This document shows positions 1 through 9,303 of a stretch of DNA of 64,000 bases, one piece after another. This DNA comes from Patescibacteria group bacterium (GTDB lineage: Bacteria; Patescibacteriota; Minisyncoccia; Phycocordibacterales; UBA9973). The translations under genes were made by a program, and so were the position numbers. The DNA is taken from contig JAGWLB010000002.1 of NCBI GenBank assembly GCA_028865035.1, positions 49,531 to 113,530 on the forward strand, read 5' to 3'. The notes below the pieces were generated by a model. The model worked only from the letters and a program-made list of their open reading frames with translations. It ran no database searches and was not told the DNA's origin. How positions within the stretch are numbered: position 1 is the first letter of the stretch; each line of letters begins with the position of its first letter.

Positions 1-60
1 AGAATTTGGTAGAGTATAGCATAAATAAATATATTTGTCAATATAGCCAAAATACGAATA

Positions 61-90
61 TTGACTAGTCTCAATATTTATAGTAATATT
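61..90 (+). promoter_or_regulatory. sigma70-like promoter (TTGACT-N17-TAATAT) upstream of the first CDS
   Basis: Read directly: -35 and -10 hexamers with 17-bp spacing about 45 bp before the ATG at 134. Confidence 0.4.
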
Positions 91-133
91 TTTACGAATT
101 GTTATTTTCTAAAATCTATTAAATCATTTAAAA

Positions 134-1015
134 ATGAAAAGAAATTTATGTTTATTAGGGTTATTCATCTGTATGATGTGTAGCACTACTGCCTTTGCAC
201 AACAAGTAGATCTTACTACAAGTAAAAGTTGCTTGAAATCTGCAACAGATTCCGCAATATTAACACCAACTTTTGCTGGATTTAGTTCTCGTATAAGTTG
301 GGAACTTCAAAAGTTAAATCTTGAATTTGGTAACTGGGATAGCATAGGAAGCCCAAACCTAATGCACTATATTGCTTCAGATTCAGCATCTGAGGCGTAC
401 AGAATTCAAGTTAAAGATTCTGCAACAAATGTAATAGCATTTTCAAACGCTATAATAATTTGCAGGTGTGGTGTTCTTCCCGTAACCCTTTCTTATTTCA
501 CAGGTTCGATAAAAAATAATGCCATAAATATATCCTGGGAAACAGTATCGGAGGAAAATTTCTTTCACTTTGAAGTGCAACGCAGTTTAGATGGAGATCA
601 TTTTTCTACAATTGAAGTTGTACCGGCCTCAGGTACTACTGATAATACTGTAGATTATAATGCCATTGATAAAAATATAAACAATAAGTATATATTTTAT
701 CGACTAAAAATTGTCGATAAAGATGGACACTACAGTTATAGCAATGTCATTGTAATGAGAATTAATGTTCCTCTTAATAAGAACATTATAATCGCTAATC
801 CTGTAGATGATCAAATTGCTATTATTTACAATGGTTTATTAGAACAGAACAAAGCTATTGTTCAACTATATTCTTTAGAAGGAAAAATATTAAAAAATCA
901 ATCCTTTGGAAACGGTATCGTTGATGTAAGCAATCTACCATCAGGGTTTTACATTTGTAGAATCATTGATAGTAAAGGAAATATTTTGTTTCATAAAGAA
1001 ATTATGAAACAATAA
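134..1015 (+). CDS. secreted protein with an FN3/Ig-like middle region and a C-terminal T9SS-type (Por) sorting domain
   Basis: N-terminal signal peptide (MKRNLCLLGLFICMMCSTTAFAQQ). The last ~70 aa (AIVQLYSLEGKILKNQSF...LPSGFYICRIIDSKGNILFHKEIMKQ) match the beta-strand pattern of Bacteroidota T9SS C-terminal domains. Confidence 0.6.
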   Translation: MKRNLCLLGLFICMMCSTTAFAQQVDLTTSKSCLKSATDSAILTPTFAGFSSRISWELQKLNLEFGNWDSIGSPNLMHYIASDSASEAYRIQVKDSATNVIAFSNAIIICRCGVLPVTLSYFTGSIKNNAINISWETVSEENFFHFEVQRSLDGDHFSTIEVVPASGTTDNTVDYNAIDKNINNKYIFYRLKIVDKDGHYSYSNVIVMRINVPLNKNIIIANPVDDQIAIIYNGLLEQNKAIVQLYSLEGKILKNQSFGNGIVDVSNLPSGFYICRIIDSKGNILFHKEIMKQ

Positions 1016-1039
1016 ATAAAATATCCTAAAAACAAAAAA

Positions 1040-1070
1040 CCTTTGTCCTAAAAAGCAAAGGTTTTTCTCT
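1040..1070. terminator. hairpin (AAAAAACCTTTG...CAAAGGTTTTT), a bidirectional intrinsic terminator
   Basis: Perfect inverted repeat with T/A runs on both strands, immediately after the stop of the 134..1015 CDS. Confidence 0.6.
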
Positions 1071-1189
1071 TGTGCGCCGGGAAGGAATTTCTCGCCCTAC
1101 GGTCGCTGGTACTTTTCTAAGATCACAGCTCTATAGAAAAGTCTTTCGAATCCTCCACGTAAGCAAAGCAGTTTGCTTACTCAGGCGCA
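1071..1189 (-). ncRNA. tRNA-like element of ~120 nt (degenerate duplicate of tRNA-Tyr with a divergent middle), bracketed by terminator hairpins
   Basis: The 20 nt at its 3' end are identical to the tRNA-Tyr 3' end (TTCCTTCCCGGCGCACAAGAGAAAA). 5' TGCGCC pairs with 3' GGCGCA like an acceptor stem. The interior has GGATTCGAAAG plus an extra hairpin (GTAAGCAAA/TTTGCTTAC). It sits between the hairpin+T8 at 1190-1215 and the hairpin at 1040-1070 on the minus strand. Confidence 0.4.
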
Positions 1190-1216
1190 AAAAAAACAGC
1201 CGAAGCTGTTTTCTCT

Positions 1217-1301
1217 TGTGCGCCGGGAAGGATTCGAACCTTCGTAGGCCGAAGCCGACAGATTTACAGTCTGTTGTAATTGACCACTCTACCACCGACG
1301 C
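1217..1301 (-). tRNA. tRNA-Tyr (anticodon GTA), 85 nt with a long variable arm
   Basis: The reverse complement folds as a cloverleaf: acceptor GCGTCGG/CCGGCGC, anticodon loop CTGTAAA, T-loop GGTTCGAATCC. Confidence 0.85.
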
Positions 1302-1361
1302 ATATGAAAGTGAGTATACACGCTTTTCCTTAATTTTTCAAGAAAATAAAAATATGCTAAA

Positions 1362-2390
1362 ATGCAACATATGTCACAACTTTATAGTAACTCAATCTTT
1401 TGGATAGATGTAGAAAAAATTAAACCAAATCCTTTTCAGCCTAGACGAGAATTTGATGAAGCACGTCTTCGTGACTTGGCTGATTCAATACGCCAGTATG
1501 GAGTGCTCCAGCCACTAACAGTCTCACGAATGGAAGTCCAAAGGGAAGACGGTGGCTTAGCCGTTGAGTATGAGTTGATTGCCGGTGAACGACGCTTGCG
1601 AGCTTCGAAAATTGCAGGTTTAGAGCAAGTTCCTGTGATTATTCGTGTTGGCGATGATAATATGGTGAAACTCGAACTTGCTATAATTGAGAATTTACAA
1701 AGAGAAGATTTGAACGCTGTAGAGCGTGCTCGTGCTTTCTTTCGTTTAGTTGAAGAATTTAAATTTACTCATAGTCAGATTGGGGCTAAAGTCGGGAAAA
1801 GCCGTGAACACGTTTCAAACACTTTAAGGTTATTAGCTTTACCTCAAGAGATTCTTGATGGTTTATCTGCCGGTAAAATTACTGAAGGTCATACACGTCC
1901 TATCCTTATGTTAGCTGATAGGCCTGAAGAACAAATGGTACTGTTTAAAGAAATAATGTTTAAGAAAATGACAGTTAGAGATGCAGAAAAGATTGCTCGT
2001 AAAATCGCCTTTGATCGTGTGCGTAAAAAGGAGTATATGCCTGACCCAGAGATAACAGAAATGGAAGATAAATTACAAGAAGCACTTGGTACTCGTGTTC
2101 ATATAGATCGTAAAGAGAATGGTGGACAGATAATGATTGATTTCTTTTCAAATGATGATTTACGTACTATCTTAGAATTATTAAAATCAAATCAAGATAA
2201 AAATCCAAATGAAATGCTAGAGAACTTTATTGCAGCTCAAAAGGATCAGGAGCAAGAAGTCGTTGGAGAAGTAGAAGGAGATACAACCGAAGATGATAAT
2301 ATACATCTTATAGATGATCGTACGCCCGAAGAAGTTGTTCAAGCTGAAGAAGATGTAGATTTGTACAATATTAAAAATTTCTCAATTTAA
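1362..2390 (+). CDS. parB: chromosome partitioning protein ParB (ParB/Spo0J/Noc family)
   Basis: ParB N-terminal box (IAGERRLRASKIAG) and a helix-turn-helix region (THSQIGAKVGKSREHVSNTLRLL); an acidic C-terminal tail. Confidence 0.85.
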   Translation: MQHMSQLYSNSIFWIDVEKIKPNPFQPRREFDEARLRDLADSIRQYGVLQPLTVSRMEVQREDGGLAVEYELIAGERRLRASKIAGLEQVPVIIRVGDDNMVKLELAIIENLQREDLNAVERARAFFRLVEEFKFTHSQIGAKVGKSREHVSNTLRLLALPQEILDGLSAGKITEGHTRPILMLADRPEEQMVLFKEIMFKKMTVRDAEKIARKIAFDRVRKKEYMPDPEITEMEDKLQEALGTRVHIDRKENGGQIMIDFFSNDDLRTILELLKSNQDKNPNEMLENFIAAQKDQEQEVVGEVEGDTTEDDNIHLIDDRTPEEVVQAEEDVDLYNIKNFSI

Positions 2391-3856
2391 TTTTTACCAA
2401 ACGATAGGAATTTAGAAAGTAAACTATGAGACTTAAGGTAGGCATTAATATGTTTACGTGCTAATCCTGTCTTTGTGTAAACTAACCATTTAGATGAGGG
2501 GTTAGTGTTCTTGTTGACTTGTATCTCTACAATATCATTTGTTTTTAATTTTGTATGGATAGCTACGTTTTTCCCATTCACTCTAGCCCCTTGAGTATGG
2601 TTTCCGATATCAGTGTGTATTGCATAAGCAAAATCTATCACACACGAATCTTCTGGTAAATCTATAATGTCTCCTTTAGGAGTAAACACAAAAACACGAT
2701 CTTTAAAGAAATCCATTTTAATTGTTTTTAAAAATATCTCAGGTTTTTCTTTGTTAATGTTATTGTCATTTAACTTTCTAAGCTCTTGGACCCATTCAAA
2801 TTGCTGTATGTTTATATTTTTGTTTTCTTTGTATGCGAAGTGAGCTGCAATACCATATTCAGCTTCTCTGTGCATTTCATATGTACGAATCTGAATTTCA
2901 ACTATCCCACCTGTTCCAGTAAATATCGTAGTATGTAAACTTCTGTAGCCATTTAATTTTGGAGTAGCTATGTAATCTTTAAAACGATGAGGGAGAGGAG
3001 TCCATGCTCCATGTATGATACCCAGGACATGATAACAGTCTGCAATGGAGTCAACCATTACCCTTAAGGCTAGTATGTCGTATATCTTGCCGATATCCAT
3101 ATCATACTTTTTTAATTTTTTCCATAACGAATACAAATGCTTTTGTCTGTAGTCAACGTTGGAGTTTTCTATGTGATCTTCTTTTAACTTTTTTATCAAT
3201 TCATTCTTAACTTCAATCAAATACTTTTCATCAACACCTTTCTTATCTAAAAGTAATTTGTATACTTCCTTGTATTCTTTAGGGTAAGCAAATTTAAATG
3301 CAGCATCTTCAAGTCGCCCTTTGAGTTGACCCATAGAAAGACGATTAGCCAAAGGTGCATAAACTTCAAGTGTTTCGAGGGCTATTCTTTTCTGTTTGTC
3401 TAGTCTGACATGTTCAAGTGTCTCTATGTTATGTAATCGGTCAGCAAGCTTAATAACTAGTACTCTTAAATCCTCAGTCATAGATACAAAGAATTTGCGT
3501 AAGTTTTCTACATTACGTTCTATTCCTTTGTATTTTATTGTGCCGAGTTTTGTTACTCCTTTTACAAGTAGTACTATTTCTTCTCCGAATTCGTTTTTTA
3601 ATTCTTCCTCGGTTGTATTAGTATCTTCAAGTACGTCGTGTAAGAAACCAGCAGCTATAACTACTGGACCCATACCTAAGTCAGCTAAATTTTTAGCAGT
3701 TTGAAAAACATGAGTAAAGTATGGTTTACCACTTTTACGAAGTTGGCCATTATGGGCTTTAAGTGCAAAATTATATGCTTTCTCAATAAGTGCTTTTTCA
3801 CTAGCATCAATATTGGGAATAATAGAGAATATTTGGTTTATATCTACATTAGGCAT
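2387..3856 (-). CDS. rel: bifunctional (p)ppGpp synthetase/hydrolase, short Rel/SpoT form (HD + synthetase + TGS domains, no ACT domain)
   Basis: HD motif FLHDVLEDT; synthetase motif RFKDYIATPKLNGYRSLHTTI; TGS segment DRVFVFTPKGDIIDLP; length 489 aa. Confidence 0.85.
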   Translation of the reverse strand: MPNVDINQIFSIIPNIDASEKALIEKAYNFALKAHNGQLRKSGKPYFTHVFQTAKNLADLGMGPVVIAAGFLHDVLEDTNTTEEELKNEFGEEIVLLVKGVTKLGTIKYKGIERNVENLRKFFVSMTEDLRVLVIKLADRLHNIETLEHVRLDKQKRIALETLEVYAPLANRLSMGQLKGRLEDAAFKFAYPKEYKEVYKLLLDKKGVDEKYLIEVKNELIKKLKEDHIENSNVDYRQKHLYSLWKKLKKYDMDIGKIYDILALRVMVDSIADCYHVLGIIHGAWTPLPHRFKDYIATPKLNGYRSLHTTIFTGTGGIVEIQIRTYEMHREAEYGIAAHFAYKENKNINIQQFEWVQELRKLNDNNINKEKPEIFLKTIKMDFFKDRVFVFTPKGDIIDLPEDSCVIDFAYAIHTDIGNHTQGARVNGKNVAIHTKLKTNDIVEIQVNKNTNPSSKWLVYTKTGLARKHINAYLKSHSLLSKFLSFGKN

Positions 3857-3893
3857 ATATCTAATTATATATTAAAAACTTAAAGTAAGCCCG

Positions 3894-6134
3894 TTATTTC
3901 TTTTTTACCTTTATATTTTCGCCTAGTTTATGAGGATTATGGTTTTTGCACATTTTATTCGAGCACCGCTCAGGTATCGTCTTCGTACCTTCCATCATAA
4001 GAGATTGACAATATGGACAGATGTTACCTGTGGGCTTGGCTTTAATTGCATTCTTACAATCTGGATAGTTACTGCAAGAATAGAATATTCCAAATCTTCC
4101 ACGACGTTCCATCATTTTACCTTTATTGCAAACTGGACAAGTGACATCAGTCATTTTCTTTTTCTTTTCTTCTTCATCTTCTTTTATAAATTTACATTTT
4201 GGGTATCGTGAACAAGAAACAAAAGCTCCGAACTTTCCTTGTCTTATTACTAGTTTTCCACCATGTACCTTTTTCTTTTTTTCTCCTGCCTGCGCAGGCA
4301 GGCCACAGAGTGGACACATTTCACCAGTTTCCTTTGGTCCCTCAAGCTCCAAACCTTCTATAGTACGAGCTCCATCACAGTCGGGGTAACGTGAACATGA
4401 ATAGAATTTACCATTACGAGCAAGTTTTATAATCATAGATGATCCACATTTAGGACAAATCATATCAGCAGGTGCTTCTCCCATATTTGTTGCTTTGGCT
4501 AATTTGTCTTTTTCCTTGATATCTTTCTGGAATGGAATATAAAAATCTTTTAGAGTTTTCACATATTCACGTTTACCATTTGCGATATCATCAAGCTCAT
4601 CTTCCATTTCAGCTGTAAAAGTATCACTTATATATTCAGCGAAATTATTCTCCAGAAAACTCGATACTACATCTCCGGTGTCAGTAGGGAAAAGAGTGCG
4701 ACCTTCTTTTGTAACATAGCCACGGTCTTCTATGGTACGCATTATAGATGCATAAGTACTTGGTCTACCGATACCTCGTGCTTCAAGTTCTTTTACCAAT
4801 CCTGCCTCACTGTATCTGTTTGGTGGTTCAGTGAACTTTTCTGTGTTTTTAAGTTCGAGTAGCTTTAATAGTGCACCGACTTCTACAAGTGGAAGCTCTA
4901 CATCATCACCACGTGCTTCACTATCGCATGCAAGCCATCCAGGAGATATCATTCTTGATCCATTCGCTGTGAAATCTGGTATATCAGCCGATTGAATATT
5001 TGCGATAATTTTTGTTTTCATAAGTTTTGCGTCTATCATTTGTGATGATACTGTGCGTTCCCATATAAGACGATACAATTTTTTCTGTTCATCGTTGGAT
5101 CCTTCATTCATAGACTCAATATGTGTCGGACGAATAGCTTCGTGTGCCTCCTGTGCATTTTTAGATTTAGTTTTATATACACGAAGCTCTACTTGGTCTT
5201 GACCATATTTTTTCTCTATAACTTTTTTAATTTGTTCTTGAGCAACCTTAGCAAGGTTTGTGCTGTCTGTACGCATATAAGTTATAAAACCAGCTTCGTA
5301 TAATTTTTGAGCAACTTGCATTGTTCTTGATGGTGAAAAACCTAAACGAGTACTTGCTGTTTGTTGTAGTGTTGATGTAGTGAATGGTGCGCGTGGGCTA
5401 CGTTTCTGCTCAGACGTTTTTATATCAGTGACAAACCATTTTTCTTTTTCTCCTTTTGTTAATATATTTTCTACAATTTTTTGGTCACGAGGTTCATCAA
5501 CACAAGTTAGTGTTAATTTTTCTTTTTTGGGTGTTTCAAATAATCCTTCAAGTGTCCAATATTGCTCTGGTACAAAAGCACGAATTTCGCGTTCACGTTC
5601 CATAATAATACGTAAAGCAGGGGATTGTACTCTTCCTGCTGATAGTCCATATCTTACTTTTTTCCAAATAATACCCGAGAGATCATATCCTACAAGTCTA
5701 TCAAGTACTCTTCGGGCTTCTTGTGCTTTACGCAGGTTTGTATCTATATCTCGGGGAGATTTCAATGCTTCCTCGACAGCTTCCTTTGTTATTTCATGAA
5801 AAGCCACTCTTTTAATAGGTGCTTTGATCTTACTATTGCTATGTAAGATTTCTTCTATATGCCAGGCGATTGCTTCTCCTTCACGGTCCGGGTCAGTTGC
5901 GAGCATTATCTCATTTGCTTTTAATGCTAAATCTGTCAATTCATTTACAACTTTTTCTTTACCTTTTGAAATTTCATAGTGTGGAACAAATCCACCAGGT
6001 ATATCAATTGCAGTTTTGTTAGATTTTGGTAAATCACGTATATGTCCGACAGATGCACGGACAGTAAAAGCTCCATCGAGATACTTCTCAATAGTTTTTG
6101 CTTTTGAAGGTGATTCAACAATTAATAATTTCAT
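3894..6134 (-). CDS. topA: DNA topoisomerase I with three C-terminal C4 zinc ribbons
   Basis: TOPRIM start MKLLIVESPSKAKTIEKYL; catalytic-core motifs; three CPxC...CxxxxC ribbons. The middle ribbon carries an extra LPAQAGEKKKKVHGG segment encoded by the palindrome at 4285..4302. Confidence 0.9.
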   Translation of the reverse strand: MKLLIVESPSKAKTIEKYLDGAFTVRASVGHIRDLPKSNKTAIDIPGGFVPHYEISKGKEKVVNELTDLALKANEIMLATDPDREGEAIAWHIEEILHSNSKIKAPIKRVAFHEITKEAVEEALKSPRDIDTNLRKAQEARRVLDRLVGYDLSGIIWKKVRYGLSAGRVQSPALRIIMEREREIRAFVPEQYWTLEGLFETPKKEKLTLTCVDEPRDQKIVENILTKGEKEKWFVTDIKTSEQKRSPRAPFTTSTLQQTASTRLGFSPSRTMQVAQKLYEAGFITYMRTDSTNLAKVAQEQIKKVIEKKYGQDQVELRVYKTKSKNAQEAHEAIRPTHIESMNEGSNDEQKKLYRLIWERTVSSQMIDAKLMKTKIIANIQSADIPDFTANGSRMISPGWLACDSEARGDDVELPLVEVGALLKLLELKNTEKFTEPPNRYSEAGLVKELEARGIGRPSTYASIMRTIEDRGYVTKEGRTLFPTDTGDVVSSFLENNFAEYISDTFTAEMEDELDDIANGKREYVKTLKDFYIPFQKDIKEKDKLAKATNMGEAPADMICPKCGSSMIIKLARNGKFYSCSRYPDCDGARTIEGLELEGPKETGEMCPLCGLPAQAGEKKKKVHGGKLVIRQGKFGAFVSCSRYPKCKFIKEDEEEKKKKMTDVTCPVCNKGKMMERRGRFGIFYSCSNYPDCKNAIKAKPTGNICPYCQSLMMEGTKTIPERCSNKMCKNHNPHKLGENIKVKKK
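4285..4302. repeat. 18-bp GC-rich perfect palindrome CCTGCCTGCGCAGGCAGG (21-mer shared with 13138..13158), in frame inside topA
   Basis: Exact 21-nt identity (CCTGCCTGCGCAGGCAGGCCA) with the copy inside intergenic repeat A1. GC-rich in an AT-rich genome. Encodes an insertion relative to the two sibling zinc ribbons. Confidence 0.7.
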
Positions 6135-6193
6135 ATGACTCTATTAGTAGCATTGATTATATTTTTTTGCAAACAATTTACATAAAATACAAT

Positions 6194-7078
6194 TTATATT
6201 TTATGTATTTCTCCCATCTCTTCTTTTATTAATTCTTTTATCTCCATTATCGAAAGCAAAGCATTTGCTGTAGATGTATCAGTATCTAGGAGTCGAATAA
6301 GTTCATCTCTTTCTATTGGTTCACGAAGTAGCTCAATGATTCTTTTTTCTTCTTTTGAACAATCAGCATACTTTTCTTTTTCATCTAAGAATGGTTTCTC
6401 GATAGTAAAACCAAGTGCTTCAAGAACTTCTTCGCTTGTAGTCACTGGAGTGGCTCCTTGGCGGATGAGAGTATTAGTGCCTCTTGAATTTGAAGAAAAA
6501 GCTGAACCAGGTACAGCTAAGACATCGCGATTATAATCGAGGGCCATACGAGCTGTGATAAGTGTTCCAGATTTTTCCTCAGCTTCTATAATAAGAACTG
6601 CTTTTGCTATTCCTGCCATTAAGCGATTTCTTTGGGGGAATGAATATAATGTAGCTTTCCATTTTGGGTCAAGTTCAGAAATTAAACATCCACCTTTCTC
6701 TACTATATCTTTTGCTAGATTAATATTACTTTGTGGATGCAATACACTATAGTCTAAACCAGATCCTGGGAAAGATATAGTTAAGAGAGATGCCTTAAGG
6801 GCAGCTCTGTGAGCAATACTATCAATACCAAGAGCAAGCCCTGAAACAATCACAATAGGATAACCTTTTAAACCTTCTATTAATTTCTCGCATATATCAC
6901 GACCATATGATGTATATTTTCGAGACCCAACTACTGCTAGGTAAACGTATTGGCTTGGAGGCATTTTACCACGCATATATAGAGTTCTTGGAGGTTGAGG
7001 TATTTCAAGTAATGGTTTAGGAAATTCTTCAGGTTTTAATTTTATAATATCTGACATATTAGTGAGCTGTATTATCAA
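6194..7078 (-). CDS. dprA: DNA processing protein DprA (Rossmann-like DNA-binding domain)
   Basis: Motifs VVGSRKYTSYGRD and SGLALGIDSIAHRAAL; a C-terminal winged-helix-like tail. Confidence 0.8.
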   Translation of the reverse strand: MIIQLTNMSDIIKLKPEEFPKPLLEIPQPPRTLYMRGKMPPSQYVYLAVVGSRKYTSYGRDICEKLIEGLKGYPIVIVSGLALGIDSIAHRAALKASLLTISFPGSGLDYSVLHPQSNINLAKDIVEKGGCLISELDPKWKATLYSFPQRNRLMAGIAKAVLIIEAEEKSGTLITARMALDYNRDVLAVPGSAFSSNSRGTNTLIRQGATPVTTSEEVLEALGFTIEKPFLDEKEKYADCSKEEKRIIELLREPIERDELIRLLDTDTSTANALLSIMEIKELIKEEMGEIHKI

Positions 7079-7117
7079 TTTGTCTATTGTATCATTTTTT
7101 TATATACTGATACTATT

Positions 7118-8428
7118 ATGCTAGACATTAAATTCATCAGAGAGAATAAAGATATAGTAAAAGCTGGCATTAAAAAAAAGAATGCCAATGTGGATATAGA
7201 TGAACTTCTCAAGCTAGACGAGAAGAGACTTTCAATTATGGCAAGTTCTGAGATTCTTCGCAGTGAACAAAACAGAATGAACAACTCAATTGCTGCAGAG
7301 AAAGATTTTAATACACGACAGCAAATGATAAATGAAATGAAGATTGTTAAGGATGAATTTAAAGAAAAAGAAGAAGAACTTCAAAAAATTATAGCTCAAT
7401 GGCAAGCCTTAATGTTAAAGATACCAAATATTCCATCTGTAGATACACCAGAAGGTCCAGATGAAACAGGTAATCAAGTTATAAGACAATGGGGAGAGAA
7501 GCCTGAATTTTCTTTTACTCCCAAAGAACATTTTGAACTTGGTAAAAATTTAGGAGTAATAGACACAGAAACTGCTGCAGAAGTTGCTTCATCACGCTTT
7601 TCTTACTTAAAAGGTGATTTGGTCCTTTTACAGTTTGCTCTTATACAGATGTGTTTAGAAATTTTAACAAATCAAGAAACTTTATCTAAGATAGCTCAAG
7701 AAGCTGGTCTTTCTGTAAATACAAAAGAATTCATTCCTGTTATACCTCCAGTATTCATTAGACCACTAGTACAAATAAAAATGGCACGTTATCTTACTCC
7801 AGATGATCATTATATTTTCCCTAATGATGATCTTATGCTTATAGGTAGTGCTGAACATACTTTAGGTTCAATGCATATGAATAAGATTTTTGAAGAGAAT
7901 GAATTGCCTATTAGATATGCAGGTTACTCGACTGCGTTTAGACGTGAAGCAGGTACTGCTGGTAAAGATACTAACGGAATCCTAAGACAACACCAATTTG
8001 ATAAATTAGAAATGGAGGTTTTTTCTTTACCCGAGAATTCAACCCAGGAACAGAATTTTCTAGTAGCAATACAAGAGTACATATTAAAGACTCTAAATTT
8101 ACCCTACCAAGTAGTTTCCGTTTGTACAGGTGATATGGGTTTCCCAGATACTAGACAAATAGATATAGAGACTTGGATGCCAGGACAGAACAAATATAGA
8201 GAGACTCATAGCTCAGATAGCACCGGCGGTTTTCAAGCTCGTCGTCTGAATACGAGAGTACGCAGGAAAGATGGAAGAATAGAGCCTGTGCATATGAATG
8301 ATGCTACTGTTGTTGCTGTTGGTCGCACTTTGATTGCTATTATGGAAAACTATCAACAAGAAGATGGAAGTATAAAAATCCCAGAAGTTCTAAGGAAGTA
8401 TTTTAATAAAGATATTATTTCTTCATAA
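7118..8428 (+). CDS. serS: seryl-tRNA synthetase
   Basis: N-terminal coiled-coil arm; class II aaRS motifs (FRREAGTAGKDTNGILRQHQFDKLEM...); 436 aa. Confidence 0.9.
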   Translation: MLDIKFIRENKDIVKAGIKKKNANVDIDELLKLDEKRLSIMASSEILRSEQNRMNNSIAAEKDFNTRQQMINEMKIVKDEFKEKEEELQKIIAQWQALMLKIPNIPSVDTPEGPDETGNQVIRQWGEKPEFSFTPKEHFELGKNLGVIDTETAAEVASSRFSYLKGDLVLLQFALIQMCLEILTNQETLSKIAQEAGLSVNTKEFIPVIPPVFIRPLVQIKMARYLTPDDHYIFPNDDLMLIGSAEHTLGSMHMNKIFEENELPIRYAGYSTAFRREAGTAGKDTNGILRQHQFDKLEMEVFSLPENSTQEQNFLVAIQEYILKTLNLPYQVVSVCTGDMGFPDTRQIDIETWMPGQNKYRETHSSDSTGGFQARRLNTRVRRKDGRIEPVHMNDATVVAVGRTLIAIMENYQQEDGSIKIPEVLRKYFNKDIISS

Positions 8429-8434
8429 TTTAAT

Positions 8435-9298
8435 ATGAAAGATATTCTTACGTCACCACGTATGGAAGATTTGAAACGCAGCCGTCGCAAGCGACGTTTA
8501 CGAATGGTAATTCTTATTTTTATATTACTTATTACAGTTGTATATGCCCTAGCTTTCTTCTCTAGTAATCCAAAAATTACACTAAATAAAATTATCGTCA
8601 CAGGTACTCGTATTATAAGTGATACGAAAGTAGAATCAGATACTAGACAAGTAATTTCTGGTAAATATTTACACCTTTTTGCAAGAGACAACAGTCTTAT
8701 CTATCCAAAAACAAATATATATAGTACGTTAATTAAAGATTTCCCTAGGATAAAAACTCTCACCATAAATCGCAGTGGTTGGAATACTTTGACAATAGAC
8801 ATAACAGAGCGCCTAGGCTCGTATCTATATTGTGGTTCTCAGATACCAACAGTAGAATCAAATATCGGAGAAAATTGTTATTTTGTAAATAATGATGGAT
8901 ATATTTTCGATAAGGCACCATATTTTTCTGGTAATGTATACTTCAAATATTATGCTCCACTTGGAGCGGGTGAAGCAAATCCACTTGGACAGCAATTACT
9001 TACGCCAGATCGTTTCCATAAAATAGCTAGATTCATCGATGGTGTTATTGCTGTTGGATTTAAGCCAACTTACTTAGTGATAGGTAATGATGATGATTAC
9101 CTGTATCTTGACCATAAATCCACAGATACTAGTCCACAGATCATATTCAATAATGAAAATGATTTAGATCAAATATTAAATAATTTATCTTTAGCAATGA
9201 CTAAACCAGAATTTGCCAATGTTATTAATTCTAAGTATACTACTCTTTTATATATAGACTTACGGTTTAAAAATAAGGTTTTATATAAATTTCAATAA
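8435..9298 (+). CDS. FtsQ/DivIB-like cell-division protein (basic cytoplasmic N-terminus, single TM helix, POTRA-like start)
   Basis: The RRKRRLR stretch followed by a TM helix, then ITLNKIIVTGTRIISDTKV which resembles the first POTRA strand. Confidence 0.45.
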   Translation: MKDILTSPRMEDLKRSRRKRRLRMVILIFILLITVVYALAFFSSNPKITLNKIIVTGTRIISDTKVESDTRQVISGKYLHLFARDNSLIYPKTNIYSTLIKDFPRIKTLTINRSGWNTLTIDITERLGSYLYCGSQIPTVESNIGENCYFVNNDGYIFDKAPYFSGNVYFKYYAPLGAGEANPLGQQLLTPDRFHKIARFIDGVIAVGFKPTYLVIGNDDDYLYLDHKSTDTSPQIIFNNENDLDQILNNLSLAMTKPEFANVINSKYTTLLYIDLRFKNKVLYKFQ

Positions 9299-9303
9299 TT
9301 ATA

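Noticed and set aside
1072-1407. The 111-aa ORF in the track spanning the tRNA-Tyr region
   Set aside because: It overlaps tRNA-Tyr and the tRNA-like element on the opposite strand. Its protein is Arg-rich and low-complexity, typical of translating structured RNA.
3396-4389. Several 60-100 aa plus-strand ORFs inside rel and topA (3396, 3701, 3930, 4126), and similar antisense ORFs in other long genes
   Set aside because: They are antisense to well-supported long genes and have biased low-complexity composition.
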